Assembly (NCBI GenBank): GCA_035477855.1
Contig: DATIKF010000179.1
Span: forward strand, 22,390-86,389
DNA length: 64,000 bases
Reading direction: 5' to 3'
DNA from: Dissulfurispiraceae bacterium
GTDB taxonomy: Bacteria > Nitrospirota > Thermodesulfovibrionia > Thermodesulfovibrionales > Dissulfurispiraceae
The notes beneath the pieces are model-generated. The model did no database searches, had not been told where the DNA came from, and saw nothing but the letters and a program-made list of their open reading frames with translations. The number at the start of each line of letters is the position of its first letter. Position 1 is the stretch's first letter. This document shows positions 19,079 through 27,240 of the stretch, piece by piece. The position numbers and the translations under genes were made by a program.

Positions 19079-19124
19079 AGAAAGAAGGAATGCGCAAGAA
19101 AGTGACCGCTTTCTTGCGCATTCC
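19079..19124 (-). terminator. Strong hairpin plus T-rich tract immediately upstream of the valS RBS (terminator of the upstream gene and/or valS leader structure)
   Basis: GGAATGCGCAAGAAAG-6 nt loop-CTTTCTTGCGCATTCC, a perfect 16-bp stem at 19087..19124. On the minus strand it is followed by TTCTTTCT, then GAGGAG and the valS ATG at 19070. Confidence 0.55.
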
Positions 19125-19149
19125 CGGTTCTTTAGTATTGGCGTCCAGC

Positions 19150-20259
19150 CTAGTCGGCGGAAACTGACCGGTCCAGCTCCCGCAGCAGAATCGCTTCCGC
19201 AACATCCTTGACAGCTTTCCGGACAGTGTTCTCAAACTCCTTCTGGATTCGAGACCGCTCTGATTGTAGCAATTCGGCAAGTGCAACATCAACCGCTGAA
19301 CGCACCAGAACACGAAGCTCGTCCGGCGACAGCGGAAACTCTGCAACACTCTGTTTTACCGGAGACTGCACAGCCTGAGCAGACGCATCAAGCTGCACGC
19401 TCAAAATTTCAGCAAAAGAAGCGCTGCCTGCGGCCAGTGCCGATGATGCCAGAGGCTCAGATTCAGCACGGTCGGCTGCGGGTTCAGCAGCCTTGGGTCC
19501 AAGGGAACCTTCCCACTGACGGGCCAGGTCGTCATTCGGCAACCCGGAGGGCTCAGGAATGTTCAGAACTGCACCATCATCGGTTGCAGCTCCCTTCTCT
19601 TCCTCATCTTCGCCCATGGCAGCAGCCCACTGTTTCGCGAGCTCTTCATCGGTGACTGATTGCTCCTCCGGAAGTGATGCCGAAACTCCGGGTGATATAT
19701 CCCCTTGAGCAGAAGCGCCCTGCTGAGGGGCAACGGCCCCCCCCACCTCTGCCTGGATGAACGGCTTTTCCGGTTCGTCAATGGCACCGGCCCATTGGCG
19801 GGCAAGCTCTGCGTCAAGACTCGCCTCCTCTTCTGCAGCAGCGTCCTGCACGGAAGTTTTCAGAGGAGAGATCGTAACGGCCGCCGACAGACGACCGCCG
19901 ATCAGCGCTTTTGTTTTGCTCACCAGCTCTTTGGACTCAAACGGTTTGATTATGATGTCATCCGCCCCGGATCCCCGAACAGCATCTTCATCCAACGGCT
20001 CAAAAGCTCCGACCAGCAGAATTACGGGCACTCCGGCCGTCCCGGCACTGTCCTTGATGCTGCGACAGAGAGAGATGCCGCTCACATGAGGAAGACCCAC
20101 ATCAGCCAGCACCAGATCGGGCGGCTGCGCGGTAATTGCACGCATGGCCTCAGCCCCGTCGCGATAGGTTGTGACCCCAAAGCCTTCTGGCTGAAGAACC
20201 AGTTCCACTACTTTCCGGATCGTCTCGCTGTCGTCTGCAAGCACCACATTGAGTGCCAT
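19150..20259 (-). CDS. Response regulator: REC domain plus acidic linker with three LA(R/K)QW motifs and a helical C-terminal domain
   Basis: 369 aa. REC domain (VLADDSETIRK, LVLADVGLP, IIIKPF). Repeats DAELARQWAGAI, DEELAKQWAAAM, DDLARQWEGSL. No recognisable output domain. Confidence 0.8.
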   Translation of the reverse strand: MALNVVLADDSETIRKVVELVLQPEGFGVTTYRDGAEAMRAITAQPPDLVLADVGLPHVSGISLCRSIKDSAGTAGVPVILLVGAFEPLDEDAVRGSGADDIIIKPFESKELVSKTKALIGGRLSAAVTISPLKTSVQDAAAEEEASLDAELARQWAGAIDEPEKPFIQAEVGGAVAPQQGASAQGDISPGVSASLPEEQSVTDEELAKQWAAAMGEDEEEKGAATDDGAVLNIPEPSGLPNDDLARQWEGSLGPKAAEPAADRAESEPLASSALAAGSASFAEILSVQLDASAQAVQSPVKQSVAEFPLSPDELRVLVRSAVDVALAELLQSERSRIQKEFENTVRKAVKDVAEAILLRELDRSVSAD

Positions 20260-20300
20260 AATTACCCCCTTATCGCGCCCCGGTCGTCAGGATCATGCCG

Positions 20301-20672
20301 CTACTTTTTCCGGCGTGAACGGTAATCCTCAACAGCTTTTCTCAACGCATCAGCCCCGAGATTCGAGCAGTGCATCTTCTGCGGCGGCAAACCGCCAAGT
20401 TCTGCTGCAACCGCTTCTTTCGAAATCGCAAGGGCTTCGTCAAGCGTCTTGCCCTTCACCATTTCGGTTATCATGCTGCTCACGGCAATGGCTGCGCCAC
20501 ACCCAAACGTACGGAACTTTGCATCTACGATAACGTCGTTTTCGACTTTAATAAAAAGCTCCATTGCATCGCCGCAGGTGGGGTTGCCTTCCATTCCCAC
20601 GCCGTCGGCATCCTTCATCTCACCCACATTCCGCGGGTTCGCAAAATGGTCCATGACTTTTTCCGAATACAT
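20301..20672 (-). CDS. nifU: Fe-S cluster assembly scaffold (IscU/NifU N-terminal-domain type)
   Basis: 123 aa. Colinear with E. coli IscU: YSEKVMDHFANPRNVG, CGD, GCG and HCS ligand motifs are all present. Confidence 0.93.
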   Translation of the reverse strand: MYSEKVMDHFANPRNVGEMKDADGVGMEGNPTCGDAMELFIKVENDVIVDAKFRTFGCGAAIAVSSMITEMVKGKTLDEALAISKEAVAAELGGLPPQKMHCSNLGADALRKAVEDYRSRRKK

Positions 20673-20674
20673 AT

Positions 20675-21877
20675 TCAGCCTCCTACATAACAGGTATCAT
20701 TCTTTGTCCCGCGATCCCAGCCTTTATTGGCAAACGGAGACATAGCTCTGAGTTTACTCACTATCTGCGGAAACTCGGCGAGAGCGTAATCAACTTCTTC
20801 TTCAGTGTTCCCGCGGCCAAGCGTGAAGACGATAGAGCCCTGCGCCAGCGCTGTCGGAATCCCCAGGGAGAGGAGAACCGGCGACGACTTCAGGGCTTTC
20901 GACGAGCAGGCCGATCCGCTGGCAGTGTAGATCCCTTTCATTGCCAGCATCAGCAGCAATGCCTCGCCCTCAATAAACTCTGCTACAAAACTTGCATGAT
21001 TGGGCAGACGGTTTTCAGAATGCCCGGTCAGGTAGACATTCGGTATTCCGACAATGCCCTGAACAAGCCGATCACGAAGCTTTCTCACATGCTCCATGCG
21101 GCCGCTCATTTCTTCACGGGCAAGACGCGCGGCCCTGCCCATGCCTACAATATAGGCTACGTTTTCCGTTCCTGCCCTTCGTCCACCCTCCTGAATGCCT
21201 CCGTATATAAGCGGCGCAATCCTGGTTCCTTCCCTGATATACAGAGCTCCGATCCCCTTTGGACCATACATCTGATGACCGGTCATGCTGAGCATGTCGA
21301 CGCCGAGATCCTGCACATCGACCGGAACATTGCCGGTGGAAGCAATCGCATCCGTATGAAACGCAACGCCTCGTTCCTTTGCGGCAGCTGAAAGCTCCTT
21401 TATGGGCTCAAGCGTTCCGATTTCACGGCTTGCGTGAGTAATCGATATAAGCACTGTTTCATCGTTGATTGATTTTCTGAGCAGATCGGGGTCTGCCAGC
21501 CCGTGATTGTCAACAGGCAGATACGTTACGACAAATCCTTGTTTCTCGAGAAAACGGGCGGAATTCAGGACGGAATGATGTTCCACCTTGGAGACAATAA
21601 TATGATTGCCCTTCTGCCTGCGGGCAAGCGCGGCTCCGCGAAGCGCAAAATTATTCGCCTCGACCCCGCTTGAGGTAAAGACAATAGTTCCCGGCTTCGC
21701 GTTTACCAGTGCCGCCACTTCAGCACGGGCCTGCTCGACGGCTTCGCGTGCATGCATGCCGAGATCATATACGCTCAAAGCATTCCCGAACTCCTCCCTG
21801 AAGTAAGGCATCATCGATTCAAGCACTTCCGGATGGAGCGGATTTGTCGCAGCATGATCAAAATAACACTTATTCAT
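20675..21877 (-). CDS. nifS: NifS/IscS-family cysteine desulfurase homologue with the PLP-lysine replaced (GHQ instead of GHK)
   Basis: 400 aa. Colinear with E. coli IscS. The Cys loop ASGSACSS is present, but the Schiff-base Lys codon is CAG (Gln202, 21272..21274). See findings. Confidence 0.88.
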   Translation of the reverse strand: MNKCYFDHAATNPLHPEVLESMMPYFREEFGNALSVYDLGMHAREAVEQARAEVAALVNAKPGTIVFTSSGVEANNFALRGAALARRQKGNHIIVSKVEHHSVLNSARFLEKQGFVVTYLPVDNHGLADPDLLRKSINDETVLISITHASREIGTLEPIKELSAAAKERGVAFHTDAIASTGNVPVDVQDLGVDMLSMTGHQMYGPKGIGALYIREGTRIAPLIYGGIQEGGRRAGTENVAYIVGMGRAARLAREEMSGRMEHVRKLRDRLVQGIVGIPNVYLTGHSENRLPNHASFVAEFIEGEALLLMLAMKGIYTASGSACSSKALKSSPVLLSLGIPTALAQGSIVFTLGRGNTEEEVDYALAEFPQIVSKLRAMSPFANKGWDRGTKNDTCYVGG

Positions 21878-21918
21878 ACCATTTCCCTCTCAGAAAGCAG
21901 GCTTGCCTGAACAGCAGA

Positions 21919-22176
21919 TCAGTCAGTCAGCTTGCGAATATAGAACTTATAGTACTCTTCCGTTTCTTCTATTCCGATGAACTCATTGCCGGTGCGCGCA
22001 CACCACGCCGGGATGTCCTCCAGTGCGCCGTCGTAATCCGTCATAATCTCAAGGACCTGGCCCTTTTCCAGTTCCCTGATAAGCTCATCCAGCTTCAGCA
22101 AATGCATCGGACACATCATATAGACGATGTCGGCTGTTACATCAGCCTTGATACCTTCAACGAATTTCAGCGTCAA
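21919..22176 (-). CDS. TusA/SirA-like sulfur carrier protein
   Basis: 85 aa. Conserved Cys in MMCPMHLLKLDELI (CPxP-like), ...GQVLEIMTDYDGALEDIPAWCARTGNEF. ATGA overlap with the upstream Rrf2 gene. Confidence 0.75.
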   Translation of the reverse strand: MTLKFVEGIKADVTADIVYMMCPMHLLKLDELIRELEKGQVLEIMTDYDGALEDIPAWCARTGNEFIGIEETEEYYKFYIRKLTD

Positions 22177-22643
22177 CGAGAGTTCCGGTCCTTAGAGGTT
22201 TTTTCCAGTGCGGTCCTGACCTGCTGCAGACTGCCGACATCACCGGCAAGGAGGTTGCCCAGCGTAATAGTATTGAGAAAACCTTCTATCTGGGCGCCGA
22301 GCTCCTTCCAGAGCAGATGCGTCACACAGTGTTCAACGCGCACACAGCCTTCGCGGGGATCCACGCACGACGTAATCGCCACGGGACCCTCCAGAACGCC
22401 TAAAACCTCTGCGATAGGGATTTCCCGGGGTTCCCTGGCCAGAAGATACCCGCCTCCCGGCCCCCTGATGCTCCTTATCAGCCCTGCCCTGCGAAGCTTG
22501 CCGAGAATCTGCTCAAGGTAAGCGACCGATACATCCTGGCGCTCCGCAATCTCCTTGATCGTCAGCGGGCGATCCGGATAGCCCCGTGCTATCTCAAACA
22601 TTGCACGAACGCCGTACTGTCCTTTTGTCGAGAGCCGAAGCAT
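22173..22643 (-). CDS. Rrf2-family transcriptional regulator (IscR-like)
   Basis: 156 aa. MLRLSTKGQYGVRAMFEIAR...LTIKEIAERQDVSVAYLEQILGKLRRAGLIRSIRGPGGGYLLAR, with a Cys cluster CVDPREGCVRVEHC. Confidence 0.9.
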   Translation of the reverse strand: MLRLSTKGQYGVRAMFEIARGYPDRPLTIKEIAERQDVSVAYLEQILGKLRRAGLIRSIRGPGGGYLLAREPREIPIAEVLGVLEGPVAITSCVDPREGCVRVEHCVTHLLWKELGAQIEGFLNTITLGNLLAGDVGSLQQVRTALEKTSKDRNSR

Positions 22644-22648
22644 GATTT

Positions 22649-22678
22649 ATGCTAAAAATAGCCTACTGTTTATGTCAA
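22649..22678 (-). promoter_or_regulatory. Sigma-70-type promoter of the Rrf2-TusA-NifS-NifU operon
   Basis: Minus strand reads TTGACA-18 nt-TAGCAT-aaatc-ATG. No Shine-Dalgarno sequence between the -10 box and the start codon. Confidence 0.4.
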
Positions 22679-22691
22679 GTATTCAGAGAAG

Positions 22692-22724
22692 AAAAAAGGC
22701 ATGAGGACGGGACGCCGCATGCCT
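22692..22724 (-). terminator. Rho-independent terminator after mlaC
   Basis: Minus strand reads AGGCATG-14 nt-CATGCCT followed by TTTTTT. Confidence 0.5.
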
Positions 22725-22728
22725 CGGC

Positions 22729-23355
22729 TTATTTGTTCTTTTCCCGAAAAAGCTCTTCATCCAGCTTGTTCTTCATGCGGCGCACCAGTTCCGGATAGGA
22801 GCTTGTCCGGATAATCCTGTTGAACTGGGAACGATAATTATTCACGAGACTAACTCCTTCAATAGAAACATCGTACACTTTCCATTTGGAACTTTTTACC
22901 AGCATGCGATAATCAATCGGTATTTCAACGTTGCGATTTGTGACGATTTTTGTCCTGACGACTGCATAACTGCCGTCTATTTTTTCATCGATATAGACAA
23001 TCTTCTCCTCATCGTAGCCCTCGATCTTCTTCATGTACGAGCGATCCAGCAGATCGGTAAACAGCGAGACAAACTCTCTGCGCTCCTGCGCTGTCCGCTG
23101 CTGCCAGTGAACAGAAAGCGATCGTTTCGCCATCTCTTCAAAATCAAAGAGCTCGATGAGCGCCATGCGAATTGCAAGGCGGCGCTCACGAGCCTTGCCC
23201 GGCTTCTTGAGGTTCTGGTCTTTCGTCAGTTCTATAACCTTATCAACCGTTGCCCTGACCTGCTCTGTTGCATCTCCGGCATATACATCCATCGCAACCG
23301 GCGAAGACAGAGATAATGCAAGAACACAGAAAAAACCCAGAAAAATACAACTCAT
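22729..23355 (-). CDS. mlaC: MlaC/Ttg2D-family periplasmic phospholipid-binding protein
   Basis: Signal peptide MSCIFLGFFCVLALSLSSPVA. ...RERRLAIRMALIELFDFEEMAKRSLSVHWQQRTAQERREFVSLFTDLLDRSY is typical of the family. Start moved to ATG 23355, which follows AGGAAGGGGGAAG. Confidence 0.85.
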   Translation of the reverse strand: MSCIFLGFFCVLALSLSSPVAMDVYAGDATEQVRATVDKVIELTKDQNLKKPGKARERRLAIRMALIELFDFEEMAKRSLSVHWQQRTAQERREFVSLFTDLLDRSYMKKIEGYDEEKIVYIDEKIDGSYAVVRTKIVTNRNVEIPIDYRMLVKSSKWKVYDVSIEGVSLVNNYRSQFNRIIRTSSYPELVRRMKNKLDEELFREKNK

Positions 23356-23368
23356 TGCTTCCCCCTTC

Positions 23369-24760
23369 CTACTTTCCCTGCTGATCAAGCCCCGTCGCAT
23401 ACAGAATATTTGAATAGGACATGCGCTGATTGAATTTTGACTTCAGATTGTTTGCCTTCACCATGGCATACGCCGCTGCCGCATCGCCGACATCGTTTGC
23501 GTCGCCGACTCCCACATCGAAATTGGCAACCGCGGTGACCAGCCATTTTTTAGCGCTCTGCACCGCAATATCGGTGTCATCTATGGATTTCGAAGCCTCG
23601 TCATATTCAAAATAGGCCTTTCTGACCTGGAGCGGGATCGCCTCATCGGCAAACCGCTTTTTCTCGACAAGCTTGTTATATTCGGCTTCAGCTTCACTGA
23701 TACGGCCCCTGGTCATGCCGAAGTCAAATGACCAGCGTGCACCAAGAAATGCAGCACCGTAGCTCGATGAGAACGCATCGCTGATATAAGGATTCTTTAT
23801 GCGGTCGCGGTTTGTCGCACCGGACAGCACTCCCTTGAGTCCGGCAAACAGCATCGGGAGCCGACTGCTTTTTTCCGCCTCCACCAATGCCTGACGGGCT
23901 TTTAGCCCTTCCTTCAACTGCGACATTTCAGCACGATATAATGTTGCAGCAATCATCATATCCTGCAATCCGCCCGGCTTGCGAGCTTCAACAGAGAGGG
24001 AAGAATCAGCTGCGTCGAGAATCGTTCCCCGGGGAAGCCCCATGCTGGTTGCCAGAGCGTCGCGGGCAAGGGCGATGTTTTTCTCGGCCTCATTCAGGTT
24101 ACGGTTAGTTTCGCCGAGAAACGTTCTGAGCTTGAAAAGGTTCATCTCATCGGCGAAAGGAGAACCGGTATCTATCTGCTTCTGCGCATTCTTCACCGCG
24201 TGATCGAGATCCTCCTTGACTTCAAGCACAAGGTTTTTAAAGTCCTTGGCGAGGAGCAGGCTGTAATAGAACTGTTTCGTTCTGAGGATGATATCAGAGG
24301 TCTTTTTTGCAGCACCGCTTTCTGCTGCCCTGATGCCGCTTTCCGCCGCCTCTTTATACGATGAAATCCTGCCAAATGTGTAGATCGGCTGAATGAGCTG
24401 AATATCCGCCCGGCCGAAGATGCCGTTTATGCTGGCACCGACATCGGTTTGCACGACCGGAGAAATATCCTCTCTGCGTGCCTCAGGAGACGGCCCGGCA
24501 AGAGCAAGAGCCTCAATCTGAGGATACGCCGCACCATCAGCCTGTTCCTTTTTTGCCTTGTAGACGGCAACGTCATAACGAGCCTCGCCTATTTCCGGGC
24601 TCACCGCGACGGCTTTACTGATGCATTCGTCAAGCGTGTATACGTTGCCGGCCTGCTTTGCAGTCCCCTGCGCAAACGCACTTCCGCAAAGACACACAGC
24701 CGCGGCTACTGCAAGCACAACCAATCCCGGACGTCCTATTCTGCTTCTTTGCGTTTTCAT
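23369..24760 (-). CDS. TolC-family outer membrane protein
   Basis: 463 aa. Signal peptide, two-repeat OEP architecture, C-terminal ...YSNILYATGLD. Confidence 0.85.
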   Translation of the reverse strand: MKTQRSRIGRPGLVVLAVAAAVCLCGSAFAQGTAKQAGNVYTLDECISKAVAVSPEIGEARYDVAVYKAKKEQADGAAYPQIEALALAGPSPEARREDISPVVQTDVGASINGIFGRADIQLIQPIYTFGRISSYKEAAESGIRAAESGAAKKTSDIILRTKQFYYSLLLAKDFKNLVLEVKEDLDHAVKNAQKQIDTGSPFADEMNLFKLRTFLGETNRNLNEAEKNIALARDALATSMGLPRGTILDAADSSLSVEARKPGGLQDMMIAATLYRAEMSQLKEGLKARQALVEAEKSSRLPMLFAGLKGVLSGATNRDRIKNPYISDAFSSSYGAAFLGARWSFDFGMTRGRISEAEAEYNKLVEKKRFADEAIPLQVRKAYFEYDEASKSIDDTDIAVQSAKKWLVTAVANFDVGVGDANDVGDAAAAYAMVKANNLKSKFNQRMSYSNILYATGLDQQGK

Positions 24761-24769
24761 AGCTTCCTC

Positions 24770-25637
24770 CTATTGAACTGGCATTGTCCCGATTTTGTAG
24801 ACACTGAGTGAGGCTACTTTGGCCTTCCCAAACGTCTCTGGGCTGAGATGCCCGATCGTTGAGTGCCGCCTTCTGCGATTATCCCATCCTTCGATATGCT
24901 GAAACATACTTAGCCGTGCCTCTGCTCTTGTCCGATATATTTCATGATACACCAGCTCACGTTTCAGTATTCCAAAAAAGCTCTCGGCAACTGCATTGTC
25001 CCAGCAGTTTCCTTTTCTGCTCATGCTTTGCACCATTTTATGCCGCTTCAGTTCCTCCCTGAAGGCATCACTTGCATACTGAACGCCCCGGTCTGAATGA
25101 AATCTGGCGGTCTGCGCAGGGCTACCGCATTGCGCAATGCACTCACGGCCAGATAGGCTGTTGATCTCTCTGATATGCTCCAGCCCACTCCCTTGCGGTC
25201 CCATAGATCAATCACTACGCACATTTACATCCAGCCTTGCCATGTCCAAACGTACGTGATATCAGATACCCATTTCCTGTTAGGCGCCGATGCGGTAAAG
25301 TCCCGATTAAGCAGATTCTCAGCCACCGGCAAATCATGCTTAGACTGCGTCGTCACTTTAAACCGTCTTGTCACCTTTGAGCTAATGCCAGCTGCTTTCA
25401 TGAGCTTGGCTACTCGCTTTCTGTTGCAGAGATACGAGGTCATGTCAATAGGTGTGTAAATTGAATCAGGCGGTGCGATTCCCCGATCTTGCCAAGAAGT
25501 ATCACATTTTCAAGAGCTCTGCGCCCTTGTCCTCTGTGTCGCCATGTATACTATCCGCTTCGCGTTACTCAAAAAACCCGGCACATCATCCCCACCGCGT
25601 GCGCGAAACGGTGTTTGTCTATAAAATCGTATGTCAT
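24770..25637 (-). pseudogene. IS3 orfB (integrase-core transposase) broken by stops and frameshifts
   Basis: Fragments are MTYDFIDKHRFAHAVGMMCRVF*, ..VTRSG*YTWRHR.., MTSYLCNRKRVAKLMKAAG...WVSDITYVWTWQGWM-TAA(25225..25227), then a frameshift before HSDRGVQYAS...HLSPETF. Confidence 0.8.
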
Positions 25638-26005
25638 GCGCGGTGTTTTGAGAAGATGGCCAACGCTTTTTTTAGGATTTCTCGCTCCTCTTTCTAAGTG
25701 ACGTTCTCTCGCTGCAGTCTCCGTAGTACCTCATCCGACGGTTTTAGATGCCCTTTGCCAGGGAATGCCCCCGCAGGATCGGCTTGATACTGCCGCAACC
25801 ACTTGTAAATCGTATTCTCATGAACTCCAAGTTCCAGCGCTAACTGAGATACTGCTATCCCTTTGTTCGTCACCAAACGTACTGCATCGCCCTTAAACTC
25901 TCGGCTGTGCGACCTGCGCCCTTTCTTTGTCCCCATCTGACTCTCCTCCTTGCTTGTTTATTGCAACAAGCCTTTCAGAGTGTCTACTCTTTCGGGGCAG
26001 GGTCA
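24774..26005 (-). mobile_element. Decayed IS3-family insertion sequence (about 1.23 kb)
   Basis: orfA HTH (25936 downward), A7 slippery run (25667..25673), orfB with HTH_21-like and DDE/rve regions (HSDRGVQYAS...GNCWDNAVAESFF). Imperfect terminal IRs TGGCATTGTCCCGATTTTGTAGACACT and TGACCCTGCCCCGAAAGAGTAGACACT, about 19/27 matches. Boundaries are good to within a few bp. Confidence 0.8.
25634..25936 (-). pseudogene. IS3 orfA (transposase HTH part) with an in-frame TAG
   Basis: MGTKKGRRSHSREFKGDAVRLV...LRRLQRENVT-TAG(25694..25696)-KEEREILKKALAIFSKHRA. The stop interrupts the leucine-zipper segment. Confidence 0.75.
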
Positions 26006-26446
26006 AAGTGAACCAAATACAAATTTTGAGATAATTTCTTCAATATTGATTGCCGACTCTGTTTCCCTTATTTTACCACCATGTGAAAGCATAATATCAG
26101 ACCCTCCCGGACTAATCTGTATATACTTTTCACCGATGAGCCCCTTTGTCCTGACGGACGCTATCGCATCTTCCTGCAGACGGACTTCCGGCTTGATTGC
26201 CATCTGAACCAGTGCCTTATACTGCTCATCAAGTCCGATGCTGCGGACCTTCCCAATCTCCACGCCTGCAATCTCAATCACGGAGCCGGCCTTGATGCCG
26301 CCCGCTTGTGAAAAGGTCGCTGAAACGGTATATCCCTTATCTCCGATAACCTCAAGCTCACCAAGATTTATCGAGAGATATCCAAGCGCAAGAATCCCTA
26401 TAATCAGGAAGAATCCGACTGCAAGCTCCAGATCAACTTTCCTCAT
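26003..26446 (-). CDS. mlaD: MlaD (MCE-domain) inner-membrane lipid transport protein; stop codon supplied by the IS3 terminus
   Basis: 147 aa. TM helix then MCE domain (YTVSATFSQAGGIKAGSVIEIAGVEIGKV...). The C-terminus EEIISKFVFGSL matches E. coli EDLIGQFLYGS. Confidence 0.85.
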   Translation of the reverse strand: MRKVDLELAVGFFLIIGILALGYLSINLGELEVIGDKGYTVSATFSQAGGIKAGSVIEIAGVEIGKVRSIGLDEQYKALVQMAIKPEVRLQEDAIASVRTKGLIGEKYIQISPGGSDIMLSHGGKIRETESAINIEEIISKFVFGSL

Positions 26447-27240
26447 AATCGCCTCCCTTGTGTCCCAAACCGACAGATTTGACTGTCTTTCTCACACAGT
26501 ATGTTTTCCGGGTCGTCAACGCAACCGCTCAGAAATCCCCAGACCAGCTGGTCCTTTGTCGAAAGCATTTCTTCCGGAGTTCCGACGGCATGAATTGCCC
26601 CCTTGTGCAGGAATGCTATGCGGTCGACAATTTCAAAAATCTCGGGGATATCATGGCTGATGATGATGCCGGTGAATCCATATTTTTTCTGCGCTTGACG
26701 AATCAGTGTTTGCGTGGTATGAAGCAGAATCGGATCGAGACCGGTCGTCGGCTCATCAAAAAATACCACCTTCGGCTCTGAAACGAGTGCCCGGGCAAGA
26801 GCAACCCGCTTCCGCATTCCGCCGCTCATCTCAGACGGATATTTATGTTCTATGTTGTTCAAACCGACATCTTGCAGTGCCAGGATAACCCGCTTGTAAA
26901 TCTCGGCCTTGCCTATTTGTGTACACTCTTCGAGCGGAAACGCAACATTTTCAAATGCATTCAGTGAATCAAAGAGAGCACCACCCTGAAAGAGCACGCT
27001 GATCTTCTGACGCACATCGAGCAACTCCTTGCCGCGCGCGCGAGTAACATCAGCCCCATCGATAATAATGCTTCCGGCATCCGGCTTCAGAAGCCCGGAT
27101 ATCGTTTTCAGCAGAACACTCTTTCCGCCGCCGCTGCGCCCGATGATGGCCATCAACTCTCCGTCCCGGATGCTGAGATTGACTCCATGAAGCACCTGCT
27201 GCTCACCGAAGCTCTTTTCTATATTGACGACCTCGATCAT
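26443..27240 (-). CDS. mlaF: MlaF ABC transporter ATP-binding protein
   Basis: 265 aa. Walker A GRSGGGKS, signature SGGMRKRVALARAL, Walker B VVFFDEPT. Confidence 0.9.
   Translation of the reverse strand: MIEVVNIEKSFGEQQVLHGVNLSIRDGELMAIIGRSGGGKSVLLKTISGLLKPDAGSIIIDGADVTRARGKELLDVRQKISVLFQGGALFDSLNAFENVAFPLEECTQIGKAEIYKRVILALQDVGLNNIEHKYPSEMSGGMRKRVALARALVSEPKVVFFDEPTTGLDPILLHTTQTLIRQAQKKYGFTGIIISHDIPEIFEIVDRIAFLHKGAIHAVGTPEEMLSTKDQLVWGFLSGCVDDPENILCEKDSQICRFGTQGRRL

Noticed and set aside
24771-26014. A 5-bp TGAAC direct repeat (24774..24778 and 26010..26014) considered as the IS target-site duplication.
   Set aside because: It would force a right end that does not finish in CA and would break the ungapped IR alignment. 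A degenerate 3-bp duplication (AAC/AAG) fits better, but the true duplication remains uncertain.
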